Origin: a virus
DNA length: 64,000 nt
Reading direction: 5' to 3' (one strand)
IMG/VR virus record: IMGVR_UViG_3300042887_002430
Location: 28,483-92,482 of that record
Positions 1-9,863 of the stretch are shown piece by piece. The position numbers were made by a program, and so were the translations under genes. The first letter of the stretch is position 1. The number at the start of each line of letters is the position of its first letter. A model generated the notes under the pieces. The model did no database searches. It was not told the origin of the DNA and saw only the letters and a program-made list of their open reading frames with translations.

Positions 1-49
1 AGCTGCATCGGATAATGGGTCAGATAGCGATGAAACGTAAAAGCAAAAA

Positions 50-90
50 AAAATAATGATTTCCGTGCTGGATTAGGAAATCATTATTTT
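50..90. terminator. bidirectional intrinsic terminator
   Basis: Inverted repeat AAAATAATGATTTCC/GGAAATCATTATTTT between convergent genes. Confidence 0.7.
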
Positions 91-296
91 AAACCGCCGA
101 TTCCACTCTTACGATTTATATACTTCAATACTTCCATAATAACTAAAAATTCAAATACATTCCCAACTATACCAAAAAATAAACTACCGAAATATTGATA
201 TGGTTTATCCATTGTATAGGATAAAGAAATAGATATACTGGCGAAAGCCAAATATATAATAAATGAAAATCTATTTACATTCATGATAACCCCCAA
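84..296 (-). CDS. small membrane protein (about 2 TM)
   Basis: 70-aa ORF with two hydrophobic stretches. Confidence 0.55.
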   Translation of the reverse strand: MGVIMNVNRFSFIIYLAFASISISLSYTMDKPYQYFGSLFFGIVGNVFEFLVIMEVLKYINRKSGIGGLK

Positions 297-364
297 TAAT
301 TAAACCATACTAAATGTAATAATATTATATATGATTTTATCATTAATCGGCTATTTTATTTACA

Positions 365-1495
365 TCATAACAACCTATTGATTGTTAAGAGATTATTAAT
401 ATTTGTTAACTGTTTGGAAACATTTAATTTCTCATTATCAAATACTGGTTGTTTATACCTGTTACACTTATCTTCAAACGTTTCAGCCTTGCTTTTTAAG
501 GCTTCTATACGGTCATAATGGTCAATAGATAAGGGTACTATTTTATCAATAGTTTCATCCAACCATTTAACAAATTCTAATTTATCATCATTACGTGGTA
601 TAAATGATAAAACTACACTATCAGTAATAGTAGTTATCTGTACAATGGTATAATAATTACCAAACACCATATTAAATTTATCATATATTTCATTTTCAGA
701 ATATGATAAATGATATGGATTATTTTTTACATCGTGAAGTCGGAAAAATGTTTCATTATCTTTTGGTAATATATAACATTCACTATAAAGATACTCATTA
801 ACACCTAAGATATTGTAAATATGCTGTTTAGTTATCTTAGGAACATGACCATCATAAAAGGCTTTCTTACGGTTAATAATAATATTTAGATTAGCATCAT
901 TATCAGCAAATATCTTAATATAATAACCATTCTTGGCTACTATCTTACGCATCTTAACCTTTAATTCTTCAATATATCCAGCAACATCTATTTCAAAAAA
1001 TTCTGGTCTAACATTGAAGATATATCTATCACCATTGTTGCACACTTTATGTACTACACTATTATAATAAACTTTAGGTATCCCTATCATAGATTCTAAA
1101 GTACCTATTGAGTAAATAGATGGTCCTGATGGGTTAGGTTTTTTTACTTTTGCTCTTCTAAAAGCATTAATAACATAACTAACCTTAAACAGTGAATTGT
1201 GTTGGGTAATTTCTACTTTTGGATGATGTTTAACTTCCATCAATACAAAATTATAAATTCTGGAATGCTTAGACATTCTTTTTAATTTTTTATTAATGAT
1301 TTCTGACGGAATCATTAAAGTAGTAATGACAGTCATATTAATACCTTTATGTGTCATTCCATTGTCTGTAGCTATTTCTACGATTTTATCAACATCATAT
1401 AAGGTATTTAACAATTTATATAAACTAATATTTCCTAGCTTATATTGGTCTAATTCATACATATTCATATTGTTACTCCCAATCCCATTCAACAT
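365..1495 (-). CDS. hypothetical protein
   Basis: 376-aa ORF; no motif recognised. Confidence 0.7.
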   Translation of the reverse strand: MLNGIGSNNMNMYELDQYKLGNISLYKLLNTLYDVDKIVEIATDNGMTHKGINMTVITTLMIPSEIINKKLKRMSKHSRIYNFVLMEVKHHPKVEITQHNSLFKVSYVINAFRRAKVKKPNPSGPSIYSIGTLESMIGIPKVYYNSVVHKVCNNGDRYIFNVRPEFFEIDVAGYIEELKVKMRKIVAKNGYYIKIFADNDANLNIIINRKKAFYDGHVPKITKQHIYNILGVNEYLYSECYILPKDNETFFRLHDVKNNPYHLSYSENEIYDKFNMVFGNYYTIVQITTITDSVVLSFIPRNDDKLEFVKWLDETIDKIVPLSIDHYDRIEALKSKAETFEDKCNRYKQPVFDNEKLNVSKQLTNINNLLTINRLL

Positions 1496-2276
1496 TTTTT
1501 AATACTGAACCATATTCATAAATTTTTCTAACACCATCGGATATTTCTGATGGTTTTGAACGTATCCCAAAATAAACGTTATCACCATAGATTAATGGTT
1601 CAGAACAATTCTTAAACCAACAAGCAATATCATATCCTTTTGCTAAATCATCCTTCTTAAATTTAGCTACTGGAAAGTATCGTTCACCAAATATTGGACA
1701 TTCCGAATGATTCTGCTGTGCATATTCTATATAATCATCAGCAGTATCATAGGATTCACATTCATGACATTTTACGGCATAAGATTGAAACGCCTCCCCA
1801 TACCACTGTTTAGGTATAAAAGAATACATTTTATCTGCATCTTCACAATCATATCGATTAATGAATTCAAATGGTTTTCCATTGTATTCTAATTCCATAA
1901 AACATTCTAATTCGAAAGGATTACCAATTTCACCACTCTTCCATGATGGAGTTATATAAGATTGCACACATTTTAATTTTACATCAGGGTCATCAAAATA
2001 ATCTTCTACACTACGATATTCATTAATATTTCCCCTACCATTTTCTTCCATTTCCATAAATTTAACAGATGTAACATCTACATCTACGGAAATATTCAAG
2101 TATTGCTCATCATTACAATCATCATAGGTATATCCAAAGACATTAGGAACGAATCCATACATGGATACTTTTTTAATATCATCTTTATATATGACATATA
2201 CTCTTTGGGTATTATTATCTTCAGAATACCCAAAGTGAACTAAATTTAATTTAATTTTCATTATTTTTATACTCAT
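1473..2276 (-). CDS. hypothetical protein
   Basis: 267-aa acidic ORF with a CHEC motif; sigma70-like promoter upstream. Confidence 0.75.
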   Translation of the reverse strand: MSIKIMKIKLNLVHFGYSEDNNTQRVYVIYKDDIKKVSMYGFVPNVFGYTYDDCNDEQYLNISVDVDVTSVKFMEMEENGRGNINEYRSVEDYFDDPDVKLKCVQSYITPSWKSGEIGNPFELECFMELEYNGKPFEFINRYDCEDADKMYSFIPKQWYGEAFQSYAVKCHECESYDTADDYIEYAQQNHSECPIFGERYFPVAKFKKDDLAKGYDIACWFKNCSEPLIYGDNVYFGIRSKPSEISDGVRKIYEYGSVLKNVEWDWE

Positions 2277-2295
2277 AATTATGTTACGAAGGTAT

Positions 2296-2323
2296 ATGGT
2301 AGCATAACCGTATCATATGTCAA
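2296..2323 (-). promoter_or_regulatory. sigma70-type early promoter
   Basis: TTGACA-N16-TACCAT with extended TG on the minus strand. Confidence 0.55.
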
Positions 2324-2366
2324 TCTAAATTTGATAAATACATTCATTTGAAATCTGTTGGTTATT

Positions 2367-3320
2367 ATGCAAAACTTCATCGATTATTTGATTACTGAAT
2401 CAACCCTCCAATATCATCATTCATTAAACCAAGATATTTGGAATGGGGATACTCTTGACCCAGAAATTAGAGATAAAATGTTGGAGATTGCAAAGAATTT
2501 CCATGAACAGTTAGAATTGCCGGATTTCAAAATTTTAGATATTATTTTTGTTGGTGGTAACTGTGGTTACAATTATACCAAATATTCTGATATCGATTTG
2601 CATTTAGTGCTAGATACAACCAGCAAAAGATGTAAAGAGTGTGGTATAGATATGGATGATTTCTTAGATACTAAGAAAAAATATTTCAATCTAAAACATG
2701 ATATTAACATTTATGAATATGATGTTGAATTATATGCACAAACTAAAGATGATAAATTAGAATCAGCAGGTGTTTACAGTGTCCTGCATAACAAGTGGTT
2801 AAAACATCCAGAATTTAATAAAGACTATAAAATTGATAATAATTTAATTGACCGTAAGGCAAAACAATTAAAAATCAAAATCGATAGAATTATTAAAACT
2901 CATGATTATGATGAACTAAAAGCATTATCTACAAAAATAAAACATTATAGAAAATCTGGATTAGCCAAACATGGTGAAACAAGTATTGAGAATTTAGTAT
3001 TTAAAGAATTACGAAATACTGGATATATAGATAAATTGAAAGGTGCAAAATTAAAAGCTATCGATAATCAATTATCATTGAAAGAATCTGAAGGTGAAAA
3101 ACATAAAGATGATATTCATGCTAGTAAACGAAACTTATTTTATCTACACAAAAATAAACAATTAGGATTAAATGATTCATATCATAAGAAAATGCAACAA
3201 TTATTAAATGATGAAAAATTTATTAAGGATGCACATAAAGTGAAACATATTCAAAATAAATTAGAACAAGTGATTGATAAATATCTTAAAAATAGTAAAA
3301 CCACTACCCTACAAGGGTAG
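2367..3320 (+). CDS. Pol-beta-fold nucleotidyltransferase, probably virion-associated
   Basis: GGNCGYNYTKYSDIDLH motif and later VELYAQ; ATAAATA late-promoter motif at about 2334; leader MQNFIDYLITE. Confidence 0.75.
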   Translation: MQNFIDYLITESTLQYHHSLNQDIWNGDTLDPEIRDKMLEIAKNFHEQLELPDFKILDIIFVGGNCGYNYTKYSDIDLHLVLDTTSKRCKECGIDMDDFLDTKKKYFNLKHDINIYEYDVELYAQTKDDKLESAGVYSVLHNKWLKHPEFNKDYKIDNNLIDRKAKQLKIKIDRIIKTHDYDELKALSTKIKHYRKSGLAKHGETSIENLVFKELRNTGYIDKLKGAKLKAIDNQLSLKESEGEKHKDDIHASKRNLFYLHKNKQLGLNDSYHKKMQQLLNDEKFIKDAHKVKHIQNKLEQVIDKYLKNSKTTTLQG

Positions 3321-3325
3321 TGGTT
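3299..3325. terminator. stem-loop terminator
   Basis: AACCACTACCC-TACAA-GGGTAGTGGTT at the gene end. Confidence 0.6.
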
Positions 3326-3408
3326 CCGATGATATTACTGCTGATTCATGTTTAGCAGACCCTGGTTCAAATTCTATTTGTTCTAATATGGTCATGTCTT
3401 TATACCAT

Positions 3409-3434
3409 AAAAAAAGCCCATGATAGTCATGGGC
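3409..3434 (-). terminator. intrinsic terminator
   Basis: GCCCATGA/TCATGGGC stem followed by a U-run on the minus strand. Confidence 0.7.
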
Positions 3435-3451
3435 AGAGGAGAGGAGAACTA

Positions 3452-3910
3452 CTATGCAAAATGGGGGAAATGGTCATTTATATAATCAATATATTTAAAT
3501 CCTTTTTCGACCACAAAATCGGTAAAATCAAACGTACCATGTCTAATATCATCTGCATTTTTTATAAATTCAGATTGTTTTAACATAGCCAATACAGGAT
3601 ATGATTCCATAAAATCAATATGGTACTTAGTACCTCGATGTGCTTCTAACCAAAATATTAAATCGTAATTAACAATGGATTTAATATTCTTATCCAAAAT
3701 TGTCTCTAACTGTTTCTTATTTTTAAATTTTACAATATATGTACCATAATCAGGGGAATTAATCATATATCCTTGGTCAATGGTAAATTCTAATGACTTA
3801 TCCGGCATAACTGCATAGTGTATTTTATTCTTATCATATTTTATAAAATCCAACATATCTTGTAGCATATCATTGTCCATCAAATTGGTCACAGGATTAT
3901 TAAAGTTCAT
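3452..3910 (-). CDS. hypothetical protein
   Basis: 152-aa ORF. Confidence 0.7.
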   Translation of the reverse strand: MNFNNPVTNLMDNDMLQDMLDFIKYDKNKIHYAVMPDKSLEFTIDQGYMINSPDYGTYIVKFKNKKQLETILDKNIKSIVNYDLIFWLEAHRGTKYHIDFMESYPVLAMLKQSEFIKNADDIRHGTFDFTDFVVEKGFKYIDYINDHFPHFA

Positions 3911-3965
3911 AATATTGTTAGTCCATAAGTATTTTTAATTAAAATATTATTATACCTATATTATC

Positions 3966-4178
3966 CTAATTGTCAACAATTATTTTTATATCTTCATCAT
4001 CAGATATTATATTACAACCAATCGGTAAATGAATACCATGAAAATACCATTCCTCTTTTATCTTATATAAGTGCAAAGCATCATTACCATGTAACGTAAA
4101 TTCAGATAATACGGCATCTGGATAATGGTTACTATTGACAAATAGTAAGAATTCATCAGTATCACCAGTAAATATCAT
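3966..4178 (-). CDS. hypothetical protein
   Basis: 70-aa ORF with ATGA overlap to the upstream gene. Confidence 0.6.
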   Translation of the reverse strand: MIFTGDTDEFLLFVNSNHYPDAVLSEFTLHGNDALHLYKIKEEWYFHGIHLPIGCNIISDDEDIKIIVDN

Positions 4179-4561
4179 ATCATTTTAAAGGCTCTAACGT
4201 AAAATTGCTTTTTCTTATCCCTAGAATTTTGGTAATACATCATACCTTTATAATAAAATGATATGGTTAACCCATAATCGGGGTTAGTATCAGTAACAGT
4301 CCAATATTCTTCTTCAAGATGCATATCATATCCATCAATCATATCATCCTTAATAATGGCATAATGTTGGAGAATATATTTCATAAAATCTGCATCAGGA
4401 ACAAACCATTCATTATAATCATCAATAATTAAAAATGATTCAAACATTGAAATATCCGAATAGGCTAACTTTTTTTCATATACCTTTGGTGATAATATTA
4501 ATCGTTTACCATCTGGAACTGTAGAAATATGTAAGCCACCTTCTAATATCTCTCCAATCAT
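4175..4561 (-). CDS. stand-alone Lcl/DUF1566-like (C-type lectin fold) protein
   Basis: LSPK...WFVP...YWT...YVRAF pattern, matching the Lcl tips at 54540 and 56729. Confidence 0.55.
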   Translation of the reverse strand: MIGEILEGGLHISTVPDGKRLILSPKVYEKKLAYSDISMFESFLIIDDYNEWFVPDADFMKYILQHYAIIKDDMIDGYDMHLEEEYWTVTDTNPDYGLTISFYYKGMMYYQNSRDKKKQFYVRAFKMI

Positions 4562-6345
4562 ATATTATAATCATCATACTTCAATATCATCGGAGGTATA
4601 CCTAACTCTTCAAATACAGAATTATACACCTGATTAAAAATATCTAAATCATCAGGATGGAACATAACAGAATCATGTATAGTGATTGCCGGATACTTCT
4701 TAACCTTCATAAATCGTCTAAAAATTCTATTAACAAACAATTCTGATTCTACTTTTTGTAATAATTTAGGCAAATGTGGAACAAAGTCTTGTTTATTTAA
4801 ATATGATACTAACCCTACCATTGTTGGAAATTCTGTAGCTAATTTTGTTTTTAAGTCTTTGAATTGTATATCATTACTGAAGAATGTTTTAAAAACACAA
4901 CCTTTAGCTCCATCTCTATCTTTTTTAATGATAGATGCTATTTCTTCATACAACATACCAGCTTTAGATAATCCAATAAATTTATCTAAATCTTGTTTAT
5001 TCTCATCAGAATGATTTTTAGCATATTTTATAGCTTCCATAACATTAGCGAATGGTAACAAAATCTTATCATCATCTTCATGCTTTAACCATTCAACACC
5101 GTACATCATTTCAGAAATCTGTTTAGGATATTCAATAATCATGGAAAAAATAGCCATTTGAGAATTCTTAGCATCAGCACTAATATATTTTACACCATCA
5201 ATATTAATGAATTGTCTAACCCATGATTTGATATTGGTGAAAATACTATGGAATCGTCCACCAAATTTATCACAAACGTTAAAATAGGTATTACCTTGTT
5301 GGATAAATTCTACGGTATTAATGAATTCAGCAATCTTTATTTCGTCAGCATCCTTTAATTTTTTCTTTAATCCTTTATCATCACCAAATGATAAATTATA
5401 ATAAGCATAAGGATTTGAATTATAAGAAGAAAGCATTTCAGCAGTGTTCATTCTTTTGAATAATTCAATAGCATCATCAATCATTGGTTTATATTCAGCA
5501 CTATTCATCTTACGTTTGTTTCTGATTCTAATCTTATCAGCAGCAAATCTATGTTTTAAACGCCAATCTTGAACATTAAAAATATAATATTGTTTAACAT
5601 CTATAGTAGATGAATCAGTAGTGAATAAATGATTAGCTAATTTATAGCTTCTAGCCTTTTTACTATCTTCATAATGATACCATTTATCATCACATAGCAA
5701 TAATCCAGCATTAATATAGGCTAATCTATATGATTCAAAAGTATAACCTACCAATTGTTCAATATAATTACTTCTTAACTGTACGAAACTTTTAAAATGA
5801 TTAGAGAAGAATTCGTTATCAGTAATATATACTTTTCTAGTTCTTTTAGTTTTTTGAAACAAATATGTAAATGCTACTAAACCTATGAAAGCCTTAGCAA
5901 TTTCTAAATTATATTCAAAATTTTCATCATATTTTTCTTTATAATCCATCATAGCCTTATGAATCATATCATCTGTCAATAGGATAGGAATATATAAAGG
6001 TACTCTTTTATCCTCATCAGACCCTTCTAAAGATTCATATCTAATCTGTGAAGCACATTTCTTTTTTATAAATTTATAAGGTATGACATATTTCTTAGCA
6101 TTAAATTTTTTAAACTGATGTTTCATAGCCCCTACCATAGATTCAGGGCTTCTTTTTTGATAAGGTTCAAAAATTGTTAAATCATCCATAAATCTAAAGT
6201 ATGAAAGACTGTCAAAGAATGTTTGTGTTACAGGGTCATAATATCTAGCATTCTTAATATCATGAAAGCATACAGTCTTGGTAACAGTAGAGAAAACACA
6301 TCTAAACCGTGAATAATCATAGATTTCATTAGCAATAATATTCAT
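4558..6345 (-). CDS. winged-helix-like plus family A polymerase-like palm protein (candidate replication initiator or primase)
   Basis: GGRFHS, motif A ISADAKNSQ, motif B-like RDGAK, LQKVES and motif C TIHDSV; wing-like WYHYEDSKKARSYKL. Confidence 0.6.
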   Translation of the reverse strand: MNIIANEIYDYSRFRCVFSTVTKTVCFHDIKNARYYDPVTQTFFDSLSYFRFMDDLTIFEPYQKRSPESMVGAMKHQFKKFNAKKYVIPYKFIKKKCASQIRYESLEGSDEDKRVPLYIPILLTDDMIHKAMMDYKEKYDENFEYNLEIAKAFIGLVAFTYLFQKTKRTRKVYITDNEFFSNHFKSFVQLRSNYIEQLVGYTFESYRLAYINAGLLLCDDKWYHYEDSKKARSYKLANHLFTTDSSTIDVKQYYIFNVQDWRLKHRFAADKIRIRNKRKMNSAEYKPMIDDAIELFKRMNTAEMLSSYNSNPYAYYNLSFGDDKGLKKKLKDADEIKIAEFINTVEFIQQGNTYFNVCDKFGGRFHSIFTNIKSWVRQFINIDGVKYISADAKNSQMAIFSMIIEYPKQISEMMYGVEWLKHEDDDKILLPFANVMEAIKYAKNHSDENKQDLDKFIGLSKAGMLYEEIASIIKKDRDGAKGCVFKTFFSNDIQFKDLKTKLATEFPTMVGLVSYLNKQDFVPHLPKLLQKVESELFVNRIFRRFMKVKKYPAITIHDSVMFHPDDLDIFNQVYNSVFEELGIPPMILKYDDYNI

Positions 6346-6374
6346 AAAGGAAATATACCATAGAAAAGGTCAAA

Positions 6375-6416
6375 TATTTATAAGCATAATTATACAGAAT
6401 ATTAAAATATTGTCAA
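6375..6416 (-). promoter_or_regulatory. tandem sigma70 and T4-type late promoters of the PolA-like gene
   Basis: TTGACA-N16-TATAAT (6416-6389) and TATAAATA (6382-6375) on the minus strand. Confidence 0.7.
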
Positions 6417-6419
6417 CTA

Positions 6420-6900
6420 TTAAATTGTTAACAGGTAAAAAAAAAAAAAGTCTTGTAAGTCTTTAGGATAGAAAGGATTAAAGATGATAAAGTATTGAAA
6501 TAATTAAGAATAATTAAAGAAATAGGATAGTCTTTAGGATATTCATAATTAGGATAGTCTTTAGGATATTCATAATTAGGATAGTCTTTAGGATATTCAT
6601 AGAATACAATAATTAAGATATGAAGATATGATTTCATAATTACATATATAAAAGATGATTCATAGAATTATAATTTACAATGTAGAAAATCATTATAATG
6701 ATAATAATAATAGTTAATTAAAGAAGATAGTAAAATATCATAATAACAGACGATATGATAAAGAAGAATCAAAGGATTCTCCGCAAGCCCCGTATAATAA
6801 GGCATGCTGTGAAACGGCATTTCGGGAGCATATGCCAATTTTTACATAAAAAATTAAAAATTGTTGCAATTATGTTAAAATATATGATAGGATATACCGA
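6420..6900. other. candidate replication origin region
   Basis: About 500 bp with no credible gene, purine-skewed, with an A13 tract, iterons and a GC-rich hairpin block, at a divergent strand switch. Confidence 0.5.
6524..6601. repeat. 27-bp tandem direct repeats (iteron-like), about 3 copies
   Basis: AGGATAGTCTTTAGGATATTCATAATT at 6524, 6551 and 6578 (last copy 24 nt); partial copy near 6459. Confidence 0.9.
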
Positions 6901-6962
6901 TGATTTTTAGGACTAAATATCATGCAAAAACAAAAATTCAAAACCCTTTAATGAGTATTACT

Positions 6963-9713
6963 ATGACAAAACCTATTGATGTGATTAAAAGAGATGGAAC
7001 CTTAGAACTGTTGGATATTAATAAAATCCATACAGTGTTATCATGGGCATGTGAAGGTTTATCCAATGTTTCAGTATCAGACATTGAGATGAATTCAAAA
7101 ATTCAATTTTATAATAAAATCAAATCGTCCGATATTCATAACACCATGATTAAGGCGGCGGCAGATTTGATTGATGAAGAGTATCCTAATTATCAATATG
7201 TCGCCTCCAGACTGTTGTTATTCTCCTTACGTAAGCAAGTATTAGGACAATACGAGCCTATTCATGTAAAGGACCTATATTTAAGGAATGTTGAACTAGG
7301 ACTATATGAAGATATAACAAATCAATATTCAGATGAAGAATGGGCGGAATTTGATAATATTGTTGACCATGAACGAGATTTTTTAATTGCTTATGCAGGT
7401 ATGAAGCAATTAGAGGGTAAGTATCTTGTACAGGATAGAGTAACTAAAAAAATCTTTGAAACGCCACAGTATTCATTTATCATGATTGCTGCTAATGTGT
7501 TTATTAATTATCCTAAAGATACCAGAATGTCATATGTAAAAAAATTATATGACAACCTTTCAAAATTCAATATTAGTTTACCTACCCCTATTATGGCAGG
7601 TGTACGTACACCATCTAAACAATATTCATCATGTGTATTATTAGAATGTTCTGATTCTTTAGATAGTATCACTGCTACTACTGGGGCTATCATTAAATAT
7701 ATTTCTCAGAAAGCTGGTATTGGTTTAGGCGCAGGTTCTATCCGAGCATTAGGTTCATCTGTCGATAATGGTAGAGCAGAACACACTGGAAACATTCCAT
7801 TCTTTAAATTATTCGAAGCTGCAGTAAAATCGTGCTCTCAAGGTTCCTTGAGGGCAGGTTCAGCAACCTTACATACAGTAATTTGGCACTTAGAAATTGA
7901 AGACATTTTAGTGTTAAAAAATAATAAAGGTACTACTGAAAATCGGGTTAGAAAAATTGATTACAGTATTCAATATAATGGATTCATCTTGACCCGTTTA
8001 TTGAGAGGTGAAAAAATTACATTATTCTCACCGCATGATGTTCCAGATTTATATGATGCATTTTTCGATGACCAAGATAAATTTGCCGAACTATATGTCA
8101 AATATGAAAATAATAAACACATTCGTAAAAAACGTATTGATGCTAATGAATTGATTACTACATTCTTATTAGAACAATTCGAAACCGGTAGACTATATAA
8201 TATGTTTACTGACCATGCAAACACCCATAGTTCATTCTTGGAAGAAGTAGCACCTATAAAAATGTCTAATCTTTGCCAAGAGATTACATTACCTACTAAA
8301 CCGTTTGTATCGTTAGACGATACTAACGGTCAAATAGCATTATGTATCCTAGCAGCTATCAATCTTGGTAATGTTAAACAATTATCAGATATGGAAGAAT
8401 GGGCTGATATTTGTGTTAGAACCCTAGATGAACTAATTGATATTCAAGACTATCCCTTAGAAGCTGCTAGAATTTCTACTGTTAATAGACGGTCTTTAGG
8501 GGTAGGCGTTATCAATTATGCTTATTACCTTGCTAAAAATTCAGCAAAATATGATGAATCTGGTTTCGATTTAACCAATAAAACCTTCGAAGCATACCAA
8601 TACTATCTATTGAACGCATCAGTTAATCTTGCAAAAGAAAAAGGTAAATGTAATTGGTTCTACCAAACAAAATATTCTAAAGGCATTCTTCCTATTGATA
8701 CCTATAAATCTAATATTGATGAATTGGTAGGAAAAGATTTACAAATGGATTGGGAATGGTTAAGAAAAGAGATTCTTACACATGGTCTACGAAACAGTAC
8801 ATTATCATCTTTGATGCCTAGCGAATGTCAATTATATTCTAATAAATTAAATCTAGCCGATGGTAGACGATTAAATTTCCATGAATTATTAGATGATGTT
8901 GGGGTAGATTGGGAAAGTATCGAAACGTCTGGAATCCCACAACGATATTCATTCTTGAAACCTATTGTTATTAATACTCAACATGGTCCTAAAGAAGCAT
9001 TTGAATATTACTATAATGGCTTTATTGATGTTATTGAATTAGAATTCGATGATGGTGAAACATATGGTTTTACACCTAATCATAAATTATTGGTTCTGCA
9101 ACAAAATGTATCATTAATCAATGATATAGAATATACCAGACATTGGGAAAAGGTGGAAAATCTAACGGATGGTCATTTGATTATTTTCAAATCTGACGAC
9201 CAACATGAATATGGTGTTAGAACTATTCGTAAAATTACTCATTCTAAAAATCATACATGGGATATCTCAGTATTAGATGGTGAAGAATATATTTTACCAA
9301 ATGGTATCATTTCTCATAACACATCTTCACAAATCAGTAATGCTACTAATGGTATTGAACCTGTATTATCTACTGTTACCACAAAAGGTTCTAAAAATAG
9401 TACAGCTAAACAAGTTGTACCAGAAGTAGGAAAATTGAAAAACAAGTATGATTATGCATGGAATATGCGGACTAATGATGGATATATTAAGAATGTAGGC
9501 ATCATGCAAAAATATATTGACCAAGCAATATCTGCTAACAAGTATTACAATCCTGAACACTGGCCAGATGGCAAGATTCCTATGGATATCCTCATTAACG
9601 ACTTTTTGAATTCTTATAAGTATGGTCATAAAACTGCTTATTATTCAAACACTTACGATGGTAGAGGAGAATCGGAGGATGAAGGATGTGAAGGCGGTGC
9701 ATGTAAAATATAA
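6963..9713 (+). CDS. nrdA: ribonucleotide reductase class Ia alpha subunit with intein
   Basis: ATP-cone VIKRDG, PTPIMAG, SSCVL, SNLCQEI, MPSE/TSSQISNATNGIEP and C-terminal CEGGACKI; start placed at MTKPIDV. Confidence 0.97.
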   Translation: MTKPIDVIKRDGTLELLDINKIHTVLSWACEGLSNVSVSDIEMNSKIQFYNKIKSSDIHNTMIKAAADLIDEEYPNYQYVASRLLLFSLRKQVLGQYEPIHVKDLYLRNVELGLYEDITNQYSDEEWAEFDNIVDHERDFLIAYAGMKQLEGKYLVQDRVTKKIFETPQYSFIMIAANVFINYPKDTRMSYVKKLYDNLSKFNISLPTPIMAGVRTPSKQYSSCVLLECSDSLDSITATTGAIIKYISQKAGIGLGAGSIRALGSSVDNGRAEHTGNIPFFKLFEAAVKSCSQGSLRAGSATLHTVIWHLEIEDILVLKNNKGTTENRVRKIDYSIQYNGFILTRLLRGEKITLFSPHDVPDLYDAFFDDQDKFAELYVKYENNKHIRKKRIDANELITTFLLEQFETGRLYNMFTDHANTHSSFLEEVAPIKMSNLCQEITLPTKPFVSLDDTNGQIALCILAAINLGNVKQLSDMEEWADICVRTLDELIDIQDYPLEAARISTVNRRSLGVGVINYAYYLAKNSAKYDESGFDLTNKTFEAYQYYLLNASVNLAKEKGKCNWFYQTKYSKGILPIDTYKSNIDELVGKDLQMDWEWLRKEILTHGLRNSTLSSLMPSECQLYSNKLNLADGRRLNFHELLDDVGVDWESIETSGIPQRYSFLKPIVINTQHGPKEAFEYYYNGFIDVIELEFDDGETYGFTPNHKLLVLQQNVSLINDIEYTRHWEKVENLTDGHLIIFKSDDQHEYGVRTIRKITHSKNHTWDISVLDGEEYILPNGIISHNTSSQISNATNGIEPVLSTVTTKGSKNSTAKQVVPEVGKLKNKYDYAWNMRTNDGYIKNVGIMQKYIDQAISANKYYNPEHWPDGKIPMDILINDFLNSYKYGHKTAYYSNTYDGRGESEDEGCEGGACKI
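8826..9320 (+). mobile_element. mini-intein (165 aa) in NrdA
   Basis: Starts with Cys after MPSE, has block B TPNH, ends ISHN followed by Thr; no LAGLIDADG motif. Confidence 0.92.
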
Positions 9714-9734
9714 TTAAATTTTTTACATAAATAG

Positions 9735-9768
9735 ATGCCCATTATATGAAAAGTATCATGGGCATTTT
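9735..9768 (+). terminator. intrinsic terminator after nrdA
   Basis: ATGCCCAT...ATGGGCAT followed by a T-run. Confidence 0.6.
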
Positions 9769-9863
9769 ATTATAATTATGGTTGACATAATAACTGATAT
9801 ATTATAATATTCTTCATAAATTCCGTTATCTTAACTTTTAACACATATAAGAAAAAAACTACT

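Noticed and set aside
4682-5014. Short antisense ORFs inside large genes (this one and many similar)
   Set aside because: They lie opposite well-supported genes and have no motifs or RBS.
6524-6601. Repeats read as a CRISPR array
   Set aside because: The copies are head-to-tail with no spacers.
6428-6637. 69-aa ORF with YEYPKDYPN repeats
   Set aside because: Translation by-product of the 27-bp DNA repeats; no RBS, and it ends in a poly-T tract.
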